This document shows, piece by piece, positions 58,101-64,000 of a stretch of 64,000 bases of DNA; positions within the stretch are counted from its first letter, which is position 1; each line of letters starts with the position of its first letter. The DNA is from Aplysia californica (Eukaryota), in the NCBI RefSeq assembly GCF_000002075.1, contig NW_004797493.1, forward strand, positions 457,022 through 521,021, in the 5' to 3' direction. A program made the translations under genes and the position numbers. The notes beneath the pieces are model-generated. The model had not been told where the DNA came from and searched no databases. It was given only the letters and a program-made list of their open reading frames with translations.

Positions 58101-60977
58101 AGGGAAGATCACCCTTGACAATCTCAGAACAGTTTGCATCAAATATCGGCTGCCTATTGACACCGAAATCTTGGAGAGAGTTCTGGACTATTGTGATGCA
58201 GATAGGGATGGAATGATCAACTATTTGGAGTTCGCCAACTTCTTGAACTGGAAGGAAAAGATGCCCACCGGCCTAGAAGAACTTGGACGTAAGTAGCAAA
58301 AATGGTATCAAGCATAAGTTTTAGGATTGAAAATTTTATTGATAAGGGTTTTTTTGTCCTTCTTTTTTTATGGCTTCTATGAGTATACAGCAGCAGTAAA
58401 GTAACCATTTTGAACACCTTTTCTTTACTGTAACCTCCTGGTCAAGTAGCTGACTGGACCGAAGTGCACTCTTGAATATAACTGTCTTCACACAACTGTG
58501 TTCCGAAAAGCATTATGTCTCAATGTATGGTTGTGTATAACTAGCTGTGGGTGTAAAGTTGTTCAGGTGCAAAGGTCCCATGAGATCAGGGATTTTGGGG
58601 GAGGGAGGGTTCAGAGTGACTTTTTTAATATCCAATTGGTTGCTACACTCAACTTACTTACTTTATATTTTTTCCGTTCTTGTATACTGCAAAATATGCA
58701 AGGAAGATGTTATGCTCAAACATTTTGAAATCAGGCAGTTATCCTCATGTTTGTGTGTGTCATTTCACCAGCACCACCAATGATGATCGGAGTTGACTCA
58801 TACACTCAGAAGTTTATGAAAGACAGACCCCCTGCCAAGCTAGTGGATGAGAAAGACTTGGTCCCCAAGACTCCCCAGTCCGGTGAGGTGACTCCGAGAA
58901 CTGTTGAGAAGCAGATTGACTTCAGTGTGGGTAACCACAGTACAAGCAATGGCATGTACAGCGCTGTGGTAGGACCAGGAGGCATTAGCACACAGCGTAA
59001 GTGTTAAAAAGAGAGGGGAAAAAGAATATTTGAGGCTGGGTGGTGAAATCGGGCTTTCGTCAAAATAATGGAAGTGAAGAAACTGGCTTTTTTCGGCAGG
59101 TTTGGGAATTTTTATCAAATTTTTGTTTTTTGACTGAACACCTTTCATGCCCTTAAAAAAACGCATTTCAGTGTAGATTTTACTGAAAAACGTTGATTAA
59201 ATGCATAAAAGATGTAAATTTTCAGTTTCCGCAGGCTCTCAAGCTAAGGAAATAACTAAACTTTGGCGGCTATTTTCTCGCTAATTTTACCTCTGAAGCC
59301 TGGAGTCCCACCTTCTTCAATTGCAAATATATTGACTCGTATCGAAAATAAATGGGTATTGTTTTTATTGAAAGCAAGGCAAATGGGCAGGTTTTAAGAT
59401 GATACCAATAGCTCCATATGCCAAAAAATTGACGAGCGCCTGATTCCACCTCGTCGTGACACATATGGACAAATTAATATTTGTATTAATGTATATTAAT
59501 GTTTGGAAACTTTTGTTATTTAATTATTCATTAATTTATTCACTTATTCTTTTAGACTTATGTATTTCATGTAAGTCAATTATTTTATTTATTTATTTTT
59601 TTTGGTGGGAATTTCAGGAGGGAGGGGGTTAATTAAAACTCTGCAAGTCGGGGAAGAGGGATTGGTTTGCAATTTTAAAATATTTCTTTAGTCAAATATG
59701 GCCAACTTTTTAAGAACATTTGATTTTCCTTACAAAGGTACTCATAATATATTTAAAAGCCTTGCCGGATGTAAGTTACTTGACTAGTATAAACCTCTGC
59801 ACAGGATGTATATTATAGCTTCCAGTTGGGAGATAGAATAGTTTTTTCCTCAGCATGGTATTAGCTATCCATTTTAAGAACACTGTCAAATCTGTTAATG
59901 ATAAGTTTCGGAGGTCTTTACCCAGGGTGTTAAAATTTTATATGTTTCAGAGTTCCGCACATATGGTGTGCCCACAATTCGGTCAGATCTGCCAGCACCC
60001 AGGGTGAAACGTGTCGACGATCGGAAAAATTATGGGGACGAGGCTTTTGCCTATGGGCTCATGAATCCAACAATATACAGTCAACACAATGTTCATGAAA
60101 GAGATCTTCTGACGCCCAGAAGCTTAGAGGAGGTAAAGGCAGCGAGTAAAATTTTGATTTTACCTGATTTTGTATGAGATGATACCTTGAGGTTTGTTAG
60201 TAAGAACTTGAGAGATATTATTGGAACATTTTGTAGGTTGCATAAATTTCAGCGAAGAGTGGATAATATGTTTGAAATAATGGAACAGTCAGTTTGTTTG
60301 AAATTTAAACGATCTGTTAAGAATGGTGCTTCTAAACTCTATTGTTTAAGCATCAAAAACTGTTCTCATCTAGAACCTGTACAATGTTTAATATTGATAA
60401 TATGAACAGGACTTCAGAGTGCTTTGGGAGCATTTGTTTAATGAATCTCATTGTTTTATCAGATCATATAGATAATAGAAGACAAGGTTCAGATGTGAAA
60501 TTATGAGCTGAATGAAAATTACATAACATCTTGTTTAAAAAAACAACTTAGGTCTTTAAAAAATAGCACAGCTGATTAAAACTGGTAAATTTTTTGCCAT
60601 ATCGACAGACCGAAGGGCTAGAACCCAAATGGCCACTGGATCGGAAAAGTAAAGTAAAGTAAAGTCTTTAAAAAATGCAGTTTCAGAAATTGTTACATTC
60701 TTAAAATGATTGCAGCCAAACTCCATATGTAGAAACAGAACACACTGTTCTGCTATATTGAAAACTCTAAATTTATCTTTTTCAGATTCGGTCCATCTTC
60801 ACAAACATTGGTGTTCGGATGACTAGGGAAGAAATGGAGAATGCCTACAGAGTGGCTTCAGCAAACCACCCCTGTGGTTTTGTCAGTGTTGAGGCCTTCC
60901 GTAATGTCCTCGATGAGATCCAGATGCAACAGATTCGGGCTGGCGCTCACCCTATGGCCCTAGGAGAAGCTCTGTGA
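52154..60977 (+). CDS. EFHB: EF-hand domain-containing family member B (CFAP21), 11 coding exons, 607 aa
   Basis: Phase-consistent exons; motifs APLGKSHDQ, PPDHTFG, EF-hands DQEGKGKITLDN and DADRDGMINYLEFANFLNWK, C-terminal YGVPTIRSDLPAPRVKRVDDRKNYGDE and VSVEAFRNVLDE. Confidence 0.93.
53149..53211 (+). CDS. EFHB: EFHB exon 2
   Basis: AGKLTSSGDTTEQCLRPKDTR. Confidence 0.85.
53721..53929 (+). CDS. EFHB: EFHB exon 3
   Basis: PPSPDVIRKFRATVRPDAGQMRVFYGKA...VNPPPNTLFQQRIIDR. Confidence 0.92.
54378..54499 (+). CDS. EFHB: EFHB exon 4
   Basis: KEGCYQSHIRAPLGKSHDQAHGLPKGLDKTQFTFGIPTQL. Confidence 0.93.
54994..55240. repeat. (CA)n microsatellite spanning an N-gap
   Basis: Direct reading. Confidence 0.95.
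55247..55550. mobile_element. TTAA-target MITE
   Basis: CTCTTCATTTCCG ... CGGAGATGGAGAG|TTAA. Confidence 0.7.
55858..56015 (+). CDS. EFHB: EFHB exon 5
   Basis: IGAGGLINPNKNYERVFKEAHEGHEIYVKSHADYYPLERVCRSYTSPNFHPQ. Confidence 0.92.
56455..56621 (+). CDS. EFHB: EFHB exon 6
   Basis: KCYGLPTPHCNDGKRTKETLTW...IVSKRLDDFREKSQPQLGQVHDP. Confidence 0.93.
57584..57806 (+). CDS. EFHB: EFHB exon 7
   Basis: IKDTLRVPPDHTFG...RQQLKKLNYHHFDNLLEAFRFYDQ. Confidence 0.93.
58093..58288 (+). CDS. EFHB: EFHB exon 8 (EF-hands)
   Basis: EGKGKITLDNLRTVC...LDYCDADRDGMINYLEFANFLNWKEKMP. Confidence 0.95.
58772..58996 (+). CDS. EFHB: EFHB exon 9
   Basis: PPMMIGVDSYTQKF...TPRTVEKQIDFSVGNHSTSNGMYSAVVGPGGISTQ. Confidence 0.88.
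59951..60132 (+). CDS. EFHB: EFHB exon 10
   Basis: FRTYGVPTIRSDLPAPRVKRVDDRKNYGDE...HERDLLTPRSLEE. Confidence 0.95.
60565..60663 (+). mobile_element. Short 5'-truncated retroelement with (GTAAA)n tail
   Basis: TSD GTCTTTAAAAAAT on both sides. Confidence 0.65.
60786..60977 (+). CDS. EFHB: EFHB exon 11 (last coding)
   Basis: IRSIFTNIGVRM...VSVEAFRNVLDEIQMQQIRAGAHPMALGEAL-TGA. Confidence 0.93.
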   Translation: MRSIFTNIGVRMTREEMENAYRVASANHPCGFVSVEAFRNVLDEIQMQQIRAGAHPMALGEAL

Positions 60978-63355
60978 AGTGTCTTAGAAACATGAATATA
61001 ATAATTTCCCTTACGTGCAGGTGTCATTGTAAAAATATCTATACACATGTGGTTGAAACATTTTGAATATATTTATTTATCTGTTTAGATACAGAGTTCT
61101 GACATCTGCTCTATTGCTGAGCTGTTAGTTTTGTAGGGTTATTTTTAGAGTTTTGAGCAGGTATACTGTCAAGCAGAGTAAATATTTGATATAATTTCTT
61201 AATGCTAATGCCATTTCATTCCGAGATCGAGACCATGAGTTGTAGCAGCTACTCAAATCTGAAATATACAACCTCTGTGGGAATGAAATGCTGTTTAAAG
61301 TATATATTATTAATGAAAGATGCTTATTTTAGGAAAAGAATATAAATCAAGGTTTGTGGAGAATTCATAAATTCATTTGCTCAGTCATTTTTGCCATAGT
61401 TATTTTAACTCTGGTGGCTAGGTGGAAAGGGTGTGCTCTGCAATAGAATGTCTCTCTGTTTTCTTAAAGTGAAGAGATAATATTCACTACTTGATAACAA
61501 ATGTTTAAAAATGCTCAACAATCAAACAATGGGAAAGACTTCAACTGTGTGAATAATTCGTAAGAAGCGTTGGTGGATATGCTCCGAATGTTCACCTAGT
61601 TTCAAGACGAAGAATTTTGCTAATGGAGAAACTTGATTTTTTTACCTACTTTACAAACAGAGCAATAATTCATTTAAAAGAATCAGAAGTACAGCAAGCC
61701 AAGCTGTCATTTTGTATCAATTTTCTACAATTTAGAAACACTTTTGTAAATAGACTACTGTACCAAGTTAATATTCAATACATATGACACAGCTGCCTCT
61801 TCATGTAGCACTGCATTTTATATGGGTATTTTTGCACCAAATGTTAAACCAAAATCGTCAAGAGTTTTGCTAAGTGATCTTTTTTAAAATCCACACAGAG
61901 TCCAACATCTACTAAATTGCTGATGATTACGTCAATCACCAGATTTTTGCATTTATGTTGAGAACAGTCTATGTTCTTTTAAAAAGATGTCTTGTGTTAT
62001 TGTTGAATGTACAAAAAAGTCCATGTAATTCACAAGCACATTCTTTTACGCCATATATAATGATGCATTATGGATAACTTTAAGTTCATAACGGTGAAGA
62101 AATGTCCAACAGTATTTAAATTAAATCCATTTATTAGGATTTACTTTGTAACAAATGTTTGTGTGTCATGTTTTAGACAGAAAGAAATGTAATGTAGAAA
62201 CGTGTTACCATAGCTAGCTTTTAGATTTTAGGACATCACTACCACAGTCTATGGGAAGTGGACTTTGCTTAAAAAGAACTGTTATAAAATTATTTTCGTA
62301 TCCCGTTTTAGATCTCCTGCACCATAGTGAAAAAAATAACTGAAACTAATATAACAATTGTTTGTGGATAAATAGGCTGGGATTTTTATCCACGTCCTCT
62401 TGACAACATTTTAAGCAAAGCCTACTAGACTATATTTTGAATATTATTTTCCAATTCATTAGATGTCTCAGTATTACATTAAGATTAATCAAAATGTATT
62501 CAGGTTTACAATCATTCTGAATTGTTGTATTGCTCATCTGCAAAATGCCTCAACGAACTATTTCAATATACTCAAGCTCATCATACTCTGAAAGAAATTT
62601 GGATTCTCTGCGTTGAAGCCATTCCAATGTAATACAGTTTTGAATCGACAGGCAAAAGGATTTATCAGCATGATAGCTGATGTGTTTTTTACTGATAAAT
62701 ATTTTTGTTTATATTTTAAGAACAATTCAGCATTACTGTTACAATTTAGTTTCCTTTTTTTTAGACATATATTTTCTATTTGCCCTTTAGTGCACTTCCA
62801 ATTTAAAACACTTTTCGTCTTTTTTGATATTATATGATCCATGTGAGAACAGCAGATAATTTCAGTATTAGTCAGGTGCAAAACAGCATTATTGATTGGA
62901 TGACTTGCTCTCAAGCACATTATGTGAAAGATATATGAAACAGACCCAGCATTACTTACCTGGCCTCACAGTATATACTGTTGTGCACGATAACATTGCT
63001 CAACTCATAAGAACGTGCAGCATTAATGTTGGTACAAAATCCTATTCTTTATTAAGAAATTTGGTTAAAATTGAGTCAGTGGTACCAGTATTCAATTTAG
63101 TATATAATTGTAAGTCTTGAGATATAAACATGAATCAGCATTGATATCAGTAATTCTTTGTTATAACTATCTCTACAATACACACACATAAAGTTAGTGT
63201 ATCAACATACTCTATCAATATTGAATTTTTCCATTTTATTCTTAAATACTATCTGAAGTAATATTTATTTTCCTGGGGTACTGAGCTAAAATTATCTCGT
63301 CATACTCAACAGATCATGTATTGTCCCTTGGATAAGGAAGATTTAAAAAGAGAGA

Positions 63356-63356
<1 letters not shown>

Positions 63357-63435
<79 letters not shown>
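63357..63435. repeat. (TA)n microsatellite
   Basis: Direct reading. Confidence 0.97.
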
Positions 63436-63439
<4 letters not shown>

Positions 63440-64000
63440 CCCTCCATGAGCTACATGTGAACATTGCAATGCGAATATTAGGGAATATGTTAATAATCAC
63501 GATTGATGTTTCCCTTCTCAATTCCGATCTACATTATCCTATCACATACTTCTCTGCCTTTTTCATCGTAATCATTTGTGGACCTTGATGTGCCTGCACA
63601 TACTTTCATATAAATTGAAGTTCGGACTTATGTTTACCTTTTAGCCTTCCTTCCCCACCGGTCACAATCTGTGCTTTGAACTGATACAGTAAACAGCTGT
63701 ATGTTTGTTTTGTATTTACATTTTTGTAAAGATATAAAATGCTTGTTTTTCATTTGTGGAAGAATCAGAAGTGAGGAATGATACGTTATACATATGCATA
63801 TATATAATTTTTTTTTATTGTCCTCATGGACTGCCTTTAAAAAATTCTTTCTTGAGGAAACACAATTACATGAAAGATATTATATAATGAGAAATTGCAT
63901 ACAAGAAAGGTACTGAAAACCATACTCTTTATCTTCAAATCTTTAAGTTTAAGAATTTGAAAAGCTTAAATTAAACAAAAGACAAAGGAGAGAATCATTC

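Noticed and set aside
63476-63690. Possible terminal exons of a convergent minus-strand gene
   Set aside because: Weak acceptors, an implied intron of only ~44 nt and no recognisable protein similarity

Overview
AT-rich eukaryotic (animal, probably molluscan/lophotrochozoan) genomic DNA with five N-gaps. It is not prokaryotic, and most ORFs in the supplied track are spurious. Manual GT-AG exon assembly gives three spliced genes. (1) The last six coding exons of a PFTAIRE-type cyclin-dependent kinase (CDK14/15 family, + strand, 220-5896), followed by a 3'UTR intron and what looks like a ~11.6 kb terminal non-coding exon. (2) A 26-exon mitochondrial presequence protease PITRM1 (- strand, 51639->23888, ~1016 aa, HILEH zinc motif; the 5' end of exon 4 falls in a gap). 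(3) A complete 11-exon EFHB/CFAP21 (+ strand, 52154-60977, 607 aa), head-to-head with PITRM1 across 514 bp. Introns are full of retroposons and MITEs, many with readable TSDs and TIRs. The most notable oddities are: a 141-bp tandem duplication giving PITRM1 exon 8 a second in-frame splice acceptor; a 54-nt GT..AG in-frame duplication (possible exitron) inside a CDK14 kinase exon; a ~180-bp apparently headless retroposon family with a fixed 5' end; and a bidirectional promoter with YY1 and RFX X-box-like motifs and a short uORF on each side. I found no wholly new multi-gene system. Protein comparisons are from memory, not from database searches.
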